DNA from: an uncultured bacterium | Lineage (GTDB): Bacteria > Cyanobacteriota > Vampirovibrionia > Gastranaerophilales > JAILCC01 | NCBI GenBank assembly: GCA_949283935.1 | Contig: CASDUJ010000003.1 | Location: 30,920 to 94,919, forward strand | Length of the DNA stretch: 64,000 nt | Reading direction: 5' to 3' | Part shown: one piece after another, positions 28,102 through 37,294 of the stretch | Numbering within the stretch: the first letter of the stretch is position 1 | How the letters are laid out: every line of letters starts with the position of its first letter | The notes under the pieces: generated by a model | Database searches by the model: none | The model's input: the letters and a program-made list of their open reading frames with translations, nothing else | What the model was told of the DNA's origin: nothing | Position numbers and translations under genes: made by a program

Positions 28102-28443
28102 ATGAAAACACAAGCAATTAGTATGCCAATGGCTAAGAGCCAAACATACGCACAAAGTCAAGAAACAAGCAATAACAATTTTAAAGGTACCACCTACGTT
28201 ATTGTTCCTAATGGACCCAAAGAAGACACATTCACAAGTTGGGCAGCCAAAAATATTCTTACTGCATCTGCATTTAGTTTAGCTTGGGACTTAGGCACAA
28301 ATGCATGTGCAAAATTTTCTAGTACAATCGAACCTGTTACTTTAAAACAAATGTTTAAAAATATTCCGCAAATTGCAGGAGTGTTTCTGTTGATTGGTGG
28401 AATATTCAAAGCGGTAAGTCATTTAATTGACAACCATAGATAA
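28102..28443 (+). CDS. Small two-TM membrane protein (paralog 1)
   Basis: 113 aa. RBS gtaggtgag. Hydrophilic N-terminus, then TM1 ILTASAFSLAWDLG and TM2 IAGVFLLIGGIFKAVSHLI. Architecture mirrors the next ORF. Confidence 0.55.
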   Translation: MKTQAISMPMAKSQTYAQSQETSNNNFKGTTYVIVPNGPKEDTFTSWAAKNILTASAFSLAWDLGTNACAKFSSTIEPVTLKQMFKNIPQIAGVFLLIGGIFKAVSHLIDNHR

Positions 28444-28483
28444 AAAAGTTAACATGTAAGTACTTACATAAGGAATTATAGTC

Positions 28484-28840
28484 ATGATTGATGCAATAAA
28501 AAATTATTCTTCAAATCATGGTGGCAGGAAACAATTAACGACAACTCCGATTACCTTCAAAAGAAGTTTTGAAGATGGGGTTGATTATTATTATGTTAGT
28601 GAGATTCCCAAAACTCAAAAACAAAGTGAATTAGGTTCCTTTTTGTTTGTGAGTGGCTGCGCAGGTGCCATTAGTATGATTACAGACACTTTGTTAAATG
28701 CCGGAGAGCTTATGAAATCCAATTTCAAAGCAGTTAAAAGCATTGCCAAAAATGCAGGTATATGGGCATTGATTGGAGGTGCTTGTTTTGGATTTTTCAA
28801 AGCCATTGAACATGTAGCAACAAACAACAATGACTATTAA
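28484..28840 (+). CDS. Small two-TM membrane protein (paralog 2)
   Basis: 118 aa. RBS aagga. TM1 LGSFLFVSGCAGAISMI and TM2 AGIWALIGGACFGFFKAIEHVA. The C-terminal helix aligns with paralog 1 (LIGG..F.A..H). Confidence 0.55.
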   Translation: MIDAIKNYSSNHGGRKQLTTTPITFKRSFEDGVDYYYVSEIPKTQKQSELGSFLFVSGCAGAISMITDTLLNAGELMKSNFKAVKSIAKNAGIWALIGGACFGFFKAIEHVATNNNDY

Positions 28841-28860
28841 TATTTAACTTTAACTTCTTT

Positions 28861-29517
28861 TCATCCATCAAATTTTGGAAACATGTTTAATGTTCCGTCT
28901 GGATTTCTCCATTTAAACCAGCCTACTTTTTGTTCATTATCATAATCAACAACTTTTAACAAAGCCCAATTGCCTTTTATCAATTGAAGGCGAATATGTT
29001 TAGGATAAATGAATTCATAACTTATTTCTGCATCATCCTCTGGAGCAAGTTTCAGCACTTTATCAGATTTGGGAGTATCCGCAAATAGATAAAGACCTTT
29101 TGTTCTACCATATTTATAAAATAATTGCCGCCAGTAATATGCTTTCACATCAGGAGGATTTTTTACCCAACCAGTTAATTGTTTCGAATTATCATAAATA
29201 ATCTTTGTGTATTTTTCATCATTTTCATCAATAGCAATAAAACCTGACAAAGCATTTGTTGGCAAAAAAACAGCAAAAACATTTTTAGGTTCTGTTACTC
29301 TTTCATTGATGTATACTTTATCTGTATTCCAAGTAAGTTTTGCAATAATTGTAGATGTATCATTAGGTTTTTCATATACAGTAGCAACACCATCACCAAA
29401 ATACAAACCTATTCCATAATTTTTAAAATTATCTTTGTATTTTGGCAAAAATTCAACTCCGAACACATTGCTTGCAAAACATAACAAGAATAACAAACTT
29501 AAAATAGTATTTCTCAT
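28861..29517 (-). CDS. Secreted protein with two SH3b-like modules
   Basis: Signal peptide MRNTILSLLFLLCFASNVFG. Two segments ending in GWVK / GWFKW, typical of bacterial SH3-like domains. 4-nt overlap with the upstream GGDEF gene. Confidence 0.45.
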   Translation of the reverse strand: MRNTILSLLFLLCFASNVFGVEFLPKYKDNFKNYGIGLYFGDGVATVYEKPNDTSTIIAKLTWNTDKVYINERVTEPKNVFAVFLPTNALSGFIAIDENDEKYTKIIYDNSKQLTGWVKNPPDVKAYYWRQLFYKYGRTKGLYLFADTPKSDKVLKLAPEDDAEISYEFIYPKHIRLQLIKGNWALLKVVDYDNEQKVGWFKWRNPDGTLNMFPKFDG

Positions 29518-30953
29518 AATACAATCACCTTATTTCTTCCTGTTTTTTTAGCCTCATAAAGTGCTTTATCAACCTTCACGTAAAGATTTTTCACATCCAT
29601 ATCAGGCAAAAGAGAAACTAGTCCTATACTAGTTGTAATTTTCAAAAACTTTACATCATCATTAAATTTAGAAATATCAAAATTTTCATTTTCAATTCTT
29701 TCTCTAAGTCTATTAGCAACTAATTTTGCCTCATTCAAAGTTGTGGAAGGCAAAATAATAAAGAATTCTTCTCCTCCGTATCTTGCGGCAAAATCATATT
29801 CGCGAATTTCGTCATTAATAATTTGGGCAAATTTTTTCAATACAACATCTCCAACGTAATGTCCATATGAATCATTAATTTTTTTAAAAAAGTCCACATC
29901 CAACATCATAACACACAAAGGCAGGCTTTTTCTTTTGGCAACTGCTACTTCTTGATTGATTCTTAAATCTAATGAACGTCTGTTATTTAGATTTGTTAAT
30001 GCATCTTGCGTTGCATATTTTTCTATTTCTGCATATACGCCAGCCTTATCCAATGTAGTGGCAGTTTGTATAGATAATTGCATAAGAAAATCAATATCTT
30101 CTCGCAAAATTTTTCTACTTTTTCCGTCTATTATAATAGCTCCCTGCAAAATATTTTCGAAATATATTGGAAACAACACAGCAGTTCCATCTTGATTAAT
30201 AGTTATACGATTTTTAACAGAAACATGCTCTAACATAGGCTTCAAACGCTTTTTATCATATCTAAGAGGCCAAGCTAATTCAAATTTTCCATTTTTATTT
30301 TTCATAAAAATATAAGCAAAATAATCCTTAGCAAAATTATCTAAAATTTCGCCTATAACCGGAATCAAAAAAGAATATTCATATTGAGTTTCTAAAATTT
30401 TTGCAATATTTTTTTGTGCTTTGTAGAAATCTGCTATTTTTGAAATTTTATCAGTAAGTTTCTTATTAGTAACTACGCTCGCAACTTCAGAAGCTGCAAT
30501 AAAAAGTACTTTTACCATATCTTTTGTCACAGCGTCTTCTTTGTTGAAATCTTGTAAAAGCTCTAAAAATCCAATGCATTTATAATTTTGCATAAGTGGA
30601 ATATAAAATTTATTTGAACCTTTATTAAGTTTTATTTTGTATTCTAAATGAAAGTCATCATTTATAACAAAAAATTGATCATTAAGAATAAAATTTAATC
30701 TTATGGTAGAATTTATTTTTTGAAAAACATTTTTATATATTTTTTCTTCTATTTGGGTAGGAAAAGGTGTTTTGGAATTAAAATTTAGAAAAATTTCTTG
30801 TTCATTATCATAAAAAATTATATTTACTGTATCAACTCCCATATATTTACGAAAAATATTTTGCAGGCCATAAGTTATTTCATCAGAAAGCACATTACAA
30901 GAAAGAGTTTGACTTATTTCCCATATAAAATCTAATTCAGACAAATTACTCAC
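29514..30953 (-). CDS. Diguanylate cyclase (N-terminal GAF-like sensor regions plus GGDEF)
   Basis: QDALTNLNNRR, MLDVDFFKKINDSYGHYVGD, RYGGEEF active-site motif. No RxxD I-site 5 residues upstream. Confidence 0.8.
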   Translation of the reverse strand: MSNLSELDFIWEISQTLSCNVLSDEITYGLQNIFRKYMGVDTVNIIFYDNEQEIFLNFNSKTPFPTQIEEKIYKNVFQKINSTIRLNFILNDQFFVINDDFHLEYKIKLNKGSNKFYIPLMQNYKCIGFLELLQDFNKEDAVTKDMVKVLFIAASEVASVVTNKKLTDKISKIADFYKAQKNIAKILETQYEYSFLIPVIGEILDNFAKDYFAYIFMKNKNGKFELAWPLRYDKKRLKPMLEHVSVKNRITINQDGTAVLFPIYFENILQGAIIIDGKSRKILREDIDFLMQLSIQTATTLDKAGVYAEIEKYATQDALTNLNNRRSLDLRINQEVAVAKRKSLPLCVMMLDVDFFKKINDSYGHYVGDVVLKKFAQIINDEIREYDFAARYGGEEFFIILPSTTLNEAKLVANRLRERIENENFDISKFNDDVKFLKITTSIGLVSLLPDMDVKNLYVKVDKALYEAKKTGRNKVIVL

Positions 30954-31057
30954 GAAATTTTTCCTTATCGCATTTTTTGATTTTACATTAAACTTCAGTA
31001 TATTTCAAGAAGGCCAATTCAAAAGAAAAAGATAAAATCAAGAAAAATTTCTATTAA

Positions 31058-31840
31058 TTATTTAACAATAACCAAATGCGGGAAATTTGTAAGTTTTTTA
31101 TTTTTTTGCGGACATATTTTTTTTAATCTTTCAATTATGTAGTCTTTTTCTTCAGAAAAAGGTTTTAAATCTAAATATTTTTTGTAATATCTTTTGGCTT
31201 CTAAATAATGTCCTAAGTTATCAAAAGCTATTGCTATCCCTAAATAACTACGATGAAATTCAGGATTAACTGCTAAAATTTCTCTAAAATATTTTATTGC
31301 CCTTTTGTATTCAGCTAATTTCAAGTACATATTTGCCAAACGATTATAAGCTATAATATAAGAAGGTCTATTTTCAATAATTTTTAGATAAATCATTTCG
31401 GCCATTTCAAATTCTTCTATAGCTTCGTGAGCCTGTCCTAAAGCATAAATAGCATCGTAATATTCTGGATAAAGTTTTATTGCCGTAATAAAATTTTTTA
31501 TGGATCTTAAGTAATTTTTGCGATTGTATTCTAAGACCCCTAATTCATAATAAACTGCACGATCAAATGGGGTAATGTATTTTATTTGTGTGTAATATTT
31601 AATTGCCTTATCAAATTGCATGATATTTTTATAGCAAAACGCAATACCTTTAAGCGCATCAATATTACTTTTATCAATCTGTAATGCCTTTTCATACATT
31701 TTTATTGATTTTTCGTAATCTTTGTTTAAACGAAAAGCATAAGCTTTTATACAATATTGATAATCTTCTTTATTATTTGGATGCACAATTTTATTAGTAA
31801 TTTTATTTAAATCTTCTAAATCAGTTTCTTTTAGATTCAT
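31058..31840 (-). CDS. Tetratricopeptide-repeat protein
   Basis: Serial 34-aa TPR units (YEKALQIDKSNIDALKGIAFCY..., AIKLYPEYYDAIYALGQAHE...). The track ORF starts at a GTG at 31909; the internal ATG (MNLKETD, 31840) is more plausible. Confidence 0.75.
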   Translation of the reverse strand: MNLKETDLEDLNKITNKIVHPNNKEDYQYCIKAYAFRLNKDYEKSIKMYEKALQIDKSNIDALKGIAFCYKNIMQFDKAIKYYTQIKYITPFDRAVYYELGVLEYNRKNYLRSIKNFITAIKLYPEYYDAIYALGQAHEAIEEFEMAEMIYLKIIENRPSYIIAYNRLANMYLKLAEYKRAIKYFREILAVNPEFHRSYLGIAIAFDNLGHYLEAKRYYKKYLDLKPFSEEKDYIIERLKKICPQKNKKLTNFPHLVIVK

Positions 31841-31917
31841 TACTCTCTTTTCATCCCCAATCCCTACAATAATTTTAAAATTTTTATGCAGAAGAAAAAT
31901 CGACCTCACGATTTAAC

Positions 31918-31942
31918 TTAATCTAAATCTTATGGATTATTT
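31918..31942 (+). repeat. 25-nt element TTAATCTAAATCTTATGGATTATTT, copy 1 (oriented toward the 32035 gene)
   Basis: Exact reverse-complement match to 52317-52341, checked base by base. Confidence 0.9.
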
Positions 31943-32034
31943 AGCAAGAAATTTTAAAAGCAATTTTTTTTAGCCAAAAGTTTTTATATACATAGGATAT
32001 ATTTTATACTTATAAATTCAGAAGAGAAAGAGCA

Positions 32035-33939
32035 ATGATAGATCCAAAAATTACTTACAATGAGCTAAAGAAAAAAGATTCCATAAAAAATAATGGAATA
32101 AATATAAGCATGCCGCAAAATATGGGAAAGACAAACTCGACAAAAATTTCTGATACTTTAAGCGGAAAAGAAGTAAAAAAATTTGGTATATTATCAGGTA
32201 GCACGCTAAGTTCAAGTCTAGAAAAGGCAACTTCTGCAAAAGTTTCAGAAACTCAAGAGAACACAGAAAAAAAGCCAAATGCAGAAATTGAAGGTTTAAC
32301 AATTTTTGAAATTAACGACAACAAGTCAAAAATAAACAATTTAAACACTGATATAAAGAATGCTAGTAGTATTTTTGATAGCAAAACAGGAACAACAAAT
32401 ACCGGAGATAATGTTAAATTATCGACATCAGCCTCTACATCTACAAATCTAAATTCTGTATCTTACGCAAAAGGTTGGATGGGAGAAGCAAAAATACAAG
32501 CTGCAAACGCAGAATCTTACGCAGCAAATTGTGATTGGGAAGCAGCATACGAAGCTTATCAAAAAGCTCAAAATGCTCTCAATCAAGCACTAAAAGAAGC
32601 CCAAAATGCAATTAAAACCGGAGAAGGCGGAGCAGATACAACTTATGCAGAGATATCTGCTTTAAAAGAAACTTACAGTAATAATATGGATTCAATAAGT
32701 AAACGTATTCAATTAAATTCACTAAAAACTATTGATAATATTGAAACATCGAATGAAAGCTCATCATCATTATTTTGGAGTCAATTATTGCAAGGTCTCC
32801 TAAAGGGTAGTTTTCCACAAGCAATAGGAAATATTTTATCAACAACTAAGAATACAATTGGAACGGCTTTACAATCTAACGGAACAAACAGTTCTGTACA
32901 AGTGGGCTCAAAACTATTAGATGGTATTTCAAGTTGGACAAGTTCATCAAAAGAATTAAAATACAACAAGGAATATGAGTCAGAAGTGAGCGAAGCCAAG
33001 AAAAAATTTGACAATGCTCAAGCAAGAGAAACTAATCTAACACAAACTCTTGAGACAAAAAATTCAGAACTTGAAAATGTAAACGATGAAATTTCAGATT
33101 TAGACAGCGAAATAAACAAAGTAAACGGCGAAACTGAAACATATCTTGAAGAATACAAAGAAGCAAAATCTGCACTAGAAAAAAACAAACAAGAAATCGC
33201 CGAACAAAATGCGATTATAACTGAACAAACAAAGATTCAAACAGAATATGAAACAAAAGTAAAAGACAAAGAAAATGAACGCAATACGCAAAATGCAAAA
33301 GTTAATGTAGCAAAAGAAGCTGTAACTAAAGCTCAAGAAGAAGTAGCCACACAAGAAACAAACGTTTCAAATGCTAAACAAAACGTTGCAAAAGCAGAAG
33401 CAAATTACAACAATGCCCCAGAGAAAAACAAAAGCGAATTTAAAGCCAAAGTGGAAGAAGCAAAAAGAGAGCTTGTAGCAGCAGAATCAGAACTAAAAAC
33501 AAAAAAACAGAATCTCAAAGACAAACAAGCATCATTAAAAAAAGAAAAAGCAACACTTGAAAGAATAAATAAAGATTTAGAACTATATAAAAAAGAAAAA
33601 GAAAAGGCGACAGAAAAATTAAAAGAAGCCCAAAAAGAGAAAGAAGCACTGGAAAAACAAACGGCTCAACTAGAAAAAGATGCCGCATCAAAGAGAAGTG
33701 TCCTCGAAAAAGCAACTGGAGAAATCGCAGAACTAAGGGATAAAATTGATAGTTTGTACGCTGAACAGACAAAAATATCAACAGGCATATCAGAAGCAAA
33801 AGCCGGACTAGAAACTTGTGAAATAGAAAAAGAAATAGCACAAGAAATGGCTGACCATGCAACAGAAGAAGCGGAAGCCAAAAAAGAAGCTGACAAAGAA
33901 GCCAAAGAAAGAGATTTTAGTTTGTTCGATTTATTTTAA
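32035..33939 (+). CDS. Large coiled-coil protein (S/T/N-rich N-terminal half, about 300-aa K/E/A/Q coiled-coil C-terminal half)
   Basis: 634-aa ORF. RBS agaaagag. Heptad-like K/E-rich sequence from about aa 320. No signal peptide or TM seen. Ends in FSLFDLF. Confidence 0.7.
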   Translation: MIDPKITYNELKKKDSIKNNGINISMPQNMGKTNSTKISDTLSGKEVKKFGILSGSTLSSSLEKATSAKVSETQENTEKKPNAEIEGLTIFEINDNKSKINNLNTDIKNASSIFDSKTGTTNTGDNVKLSTSASTSTNLNSVSYAKGWMGEAKIQAANAESYAANCDWEAAYEAYQKAQNALNQALKEAQNAIKTGEGGADTTYAEISALKETYSNNMDSISKRIQLNSLKTIDNIETSNESSSSLFWSQLLQGLLKGSFPQAIGNILSTTKNTIGTALQSNGTNSSVQVGSKLLDGISSWTSSSKELKYNKEYESEVSEAKKKFDNAQARETNLTQTLETKNSELENVNDEISDLDSEINKVNGETETYLEEYKEAKSALEKNKQEIAEQNAIITEQTKIQTEYETKVKDKENERNTQNAKVNVAKEAVTKAQEEVATQETNVSNAKQNVAKAEANYNNAPEKNKSEFKAKVEEAKRELVAAESELKTKKQNLKDKQASLKKEKATLERINKDLELYKKEKEKATEKLKEAQKEKEALEKQTAQLEKDAASKRSVLEKATGEIAELRDKIDSLYAEQTKISTGISEAKAGLETCEIEKEIAQEMADHATEEAEAKKEADKEAKERDFSLFDLF

Positions 33940-35604
33940 AACCATCTTTTTAACATCATTTCTCTTAATTTTTCGAGTAGCAGTCCTTGGCATTGGTTCT
34001 TCAACCACAAAAATTGTTAATGGGCGCTTATAAGAAGCTAATCTTTGGGATAATTGCTTAACTTCTGCCCTAACAGCTTTTTCTATTTGTCCTTCATTTT
34101 CGCATGTTTCAAGCAATTTTTCAGAAGGCAATATTGCTACACAAACATCTTCTGTTCCATCTTTTTGTCCACCTTGTCTGTTTGCACCAAACACGCAAAC
34201 CTCATCAAATTTATCAGTTTTTTCCAAAACAGATTCAACTTCTTCAGGAAAAACTTTTTTTCCGCCACTAAGAACAATCATATTTTTAATTCTGCCAGTA
34301 ATAAAGATAAAACCATCTTTGTCAATACGAGCAATATCTCCTGTATGAAGCCATCCATCAGGAGTAATCGTTTCGGCAGTTAATTCGGGTTTATTATAAT
34401 AACCTTTCATAATTCCATCACCTTTTACAAGCAATTCTCCTGTTTCAGGATCTATTTTAGCTGTCACACTGTTAATTACAGGACCTACTGATCCAAGTCT
34501 TCTTTTATTTGCCGTTTCAACTGAAATAATTGGACTAGCTTCAGTTAAACCATACCCTTGATAAACAGTAATACCTATATTATTAAAAAACTTAGCAACC
34601 GACAAATCTAAAGGAGCGCCACCAGAAATCATTCCTTTAAAACGTCCACCAAACTTTTGATGAATTTTTCTAAACATAACTCTTTTAGCGCATTGAGGCA
34701 TGTATTTTGCAATTTGATACATGGCACTAAAAACAGCTTTTCTCAAAGGTTTCATTTGAGATATTTCACTTTCAATTCCTGCTTTTAAAAGTTTCGCAAA
34801 AGCTGGAACAACAATCATAAAAGTTATTTGTTTTTCTTGTAAAACTTTGAATAAATCTTTTGGTTTTAAACTTTTTGAATAATAAATAGAAGTTCCAAAA
34901 TTTAAAAAAGACAAAAATCCAACAGTTAATTCAAATAAATGATTCATGGGTAATATGGAAAGCATTTGATCATTTGAACCAAATTGAAAAGCTTTTGTAA
35001 TTGAATCTAATTGAGAAATAACATTTTTGAAAGTAATTTCAACTCCTTTAGGATTACCTGTTGTGCCTGATGTGTAAATAATCAAAGCAGTTTTATTGGG
35101 AGCTCTATGACGCCATTTTCTGTCGGGTTCATCTGCAATTGTATACAAACTTGGAAATTCACTTTTAGGAGCCGTATCATCTATTACTACAATATGCTCT
35201 ATTGAAGCAATATTTTTTTGCAATTCCAAAGCTTTGTCTAAATAAGCACTAGAAACAAGTAAAACCTTTGGTAAACAATCAGACAAAATTGAAGTAAGTT
35301 CGTACATAGTAAGTTTTATATCCAAAGGAACAGTTATTGCCCCCGCCAAAACGTTAGCAAAAAGCGTTGCTCCCCATTCAGGCATAGATTCAGATAATAT
35401 AGCAACTTTATCACCTTTTTCAACACCAATTTTTATAAGATAATTAGCAAGCCTTCTGGAAAGAATTCCAACTCCTTTGAATGATAATTCTTTCCAACCA
35501 AGATAAGATTTTATTCCTAATGCAATTCTATCATCGAATTCTTCCGTTTTATTTTCCAAAAGTAATAAAATATTCTTGTTTGTATAATTATCGTGATCGT
35601 GCAT
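33931..35604 (-). CDS. AMP-forming acyl-CoA synthetase (long-chain fatty-acid CoA ligase-like)
   Basis: AMP-binding motif IIYTSGTTGNPKGV, YGLTE, GWLHTGD, C-terminal TRKIKR. Confidence 0.85.
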   Translation of the reverse strand: MHDHDNYTNKNILLLLENKTEEFDDRIALGIKSYLGWKELSFKGVGILSRRLANYLIKIGVEKGDKVAILSESMPEWGATLFANVLAGAITVPLDIKLTMYELTSILSDCLPKVLLVSSAYLDKALELQKNIASIEHIVVIDDTAPKSEFPSLYTIADEPDRKWRHRAPNKTALIIYTSGTTGNPKGVEITFKNVISQLDSITKAFQFGSNDQMLSILPMNHLFELTVGFLSFLNFGTSIYYSKSLKPKDLFKVLQEKQITFMIVVPAFAKLLKAGIESEISQMKPLRKAVFSAMYQIAKYMPQCAKRVMFRKIHQKFGGRFKGMISGGAPLDLSVAKFFNNIGITVYQGYGLTEASPIISVETANKRRLGSVGPVINSVTAKIDPETGELLVKGDGIMKGYYNKPELTAETITPDGWLHTGDIARIDKDGFIFITGRIKNMIVLSGGKKVFPEEVESVLEKTDKFDEVCVFGANRQGGQKDGTEDVCVAILPSEKLLETCENEGQIEKAVRAEVKQLSQRLASYKRPLTIFVVEEPMPRTATRKIKRNDVKKMVLK

Positions 35605-35793
35605 ATTTTACTCGCCTCATTTAACCGAACAAGAAAATTATACACAAAACCTTACTAATAGCAAAATAAACTATAAAATCTTAATGTTGCTTAAATAACA
35701 TTAATTTACAAATGTTAATTTTAGAAAATTTTAAAGCAATTTTTTCTATTTACATGATTTAATCAAAATGCAAGGTTTGCTAGGTAATTTTCA

Positions 35794-37290
35794 ATGATAA
35801 ATACATTAAACAACAATGACGTTAGAGCAAAAATCTTTTACTTTAATGATTTACATTCTAATATAAAAGGAGCCAAAAGACTTAAAAGTGCTTCTGATAA
35901 ATTTGACGAAATGGTTCGAAATCAACCTTTTGACACTTTCAAATTTTGTGCAGGAGATTCGTATATAGGAAGAAATAAAAGTAATTTTATAGGTATATTT
36001 TTAAATTCATTAAATTTGGATGGAATGGTATTTGGTAACCACGAACTGGATATGGGAACCAAACAACTATCATCTTTTTTGAATAATAACATTTTCAAAG
36101 TTTTTACGGCAAATTTAAATTACAAAACCGGAAACAATTTTCAAGATGATTTAGATGCAAAAAGGCTTGTAAAAAGCGCAATTATAGAAAAAAATGGAAA
36201 TAAATATGGTGTAATTGGAGCTACAGCAGCAGATATTATGGATACAACATCTAAAGATACTCAAGAAGATTGCAAAGACATAGGTTTTATGAATTTTGAA
36301 CAATCAGTAAATGCCATTCAAAAAGAAGTTAACAAATTAAAACAACAAGGAATAAATAAAATTATTTTAATTTCCCATTTAGGTATTGATAAAGATAAAA
36401 AGCTAGCCCAAACGACTGACGGAATAGATGTTATTGTTGGAGGACATTCTCATCATGAAATAAATGGAGTACAAGCAGGACAAAATTATCTTGCATCAAA
36501 AACAGGTGAACCGGTACTTATTGTTCAAGCAGGACAAAATGGAGATAAATTTGGGATTCTTGATGTAGTTTTTGACCAAAACGGAATTATTAAAGCAGCA
36601 AACAACAATCTTAATTCAACTAAAAACTACAACGAAAGTCTTATAGTAAAATATATTGAAAATATTGCTTGTGAAAAACTTGAAAATTTAGGTGAATTAG
36701 TAACTCCCTTAAAAAGAATGACAAATGATTTTGAAGAACATCCTTTATCTTGTTTTGTGGCTGATGCAATAAGAAAAAAATCTGGAGCCCAAATAGCTTT
36801 TCACAACAAAGGTTGCCAAAAAATTGATTTAAAATCAGGAAACATAACAAATCGAGATATACATACAGCATTACCTTATATAAATTCAGTTGCAATGTAC
36901 AAATTTAGTGAAAAAGATGTAATAGATGCGCTCAAAGCAAGTTTAAATAAACCTGCCAACAAACCCGACAAAATAGGTAACATGCAAGTTTCGGGCTTAA
37001 CATATACTATAGACAAAGATAACCAACTTAAAGATGTTTATTTAATTGAAAAAGACAAAAAAATTAAACTTGATGAAAACAATCCTTCAACAGAAAAATT
37101 CTTTACTGTTGCATATGGATCATTTTTTGCAGGAGGACCTGACAGATTAAAAATGCTTTATGCACCTGAAAAAAGAATTCAAAAATTCGAATGGGATGAT
37201 TATCAAGCAACTATTGAATTACTAAGAGAAAAAGAAGAAGACAATAAAATTGATATCAAACCGGATGGAAGAATTAAAATAGAAAAATAA
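35794..37290 (+). CDS. Metallophosphoesterase / 5'-nucleotidase family protein
   Basis: FNDLHSN, GNHELD, GGHSHH metallophosphatase motifs plus a C-terminal 5'-nucleotidase-like substrate domain. No obvious signal peptide. Confidence 0.75.
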   Translation: MINTLNNNDVRAKIFYFNDLHSNIKGAKRLKSASDKFDEMVRNQPFDTFKFCAGDSYIGRNKSNFIGIFLNSLNLDGMVFGNHELDMGTKQLSSFLNNNIFKVFTANLNYKTGNNFQDDLDAKRLVKSAIIEKNGNKYGVIGATAADIMDTTSKDTQEDCKDIGFMNFEQSVNAIQKEVNKLKQQGINKIILISHLGIDKDKKLAQTTDGIDVIVGGHSHHEINGVQAGQNYLASKTGEPVLIVQAGQNGDKFGILDVVFDQNGIIKAANNNLNSTKNYNESLIVKYIENIACEKLENLGELVTPLKRMTNDFEEHPLSCFVADAIRKKSGAQIAFHNKGCQKIDLKSGNITNRDIHTALPYINSVAMYKFSEKDVIDALKASLNKPANKPDKIGNMQVSGLTYTIDKDNQLKDVYLIEKDKKIKLDENNPSTEKFFTVAYGSFFAGGPDRLKMLYAPEKRIQKFEWDDYQATIELLREKEEDNKIDIKPDGRIKIEK

Positions 37291-37294
37291 TTTT

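Noticed and set aside
31947-31970. 24-nt similarity AGAAATTTTAAAAGCAATTTTTTT (31947-31970) vs AGAAAATTTTAAAGCAATTTTTTC (35723-35746). It is 21/24 identical, and a looser relative lies at 27984-28016.
   Set aside because: All three copies sit about 50-90 nt upstream of plus-strand genes. In the 28007 case the GCAA belongs to the -35 box. This is most simply an A/T-tract UP-element plus -35 architecture typical of promoters in an AT-rich genome, not a specific element.
32051-33905. Antisense ORFs opposite the coiled-coil gene (32051-32302, 32781-33014, 33515-33862, 33666-33905)
   Set aside because: These are the mirror image of a purine-rich K/E-coding strand. They give L/F-rich nonsense with no start context.
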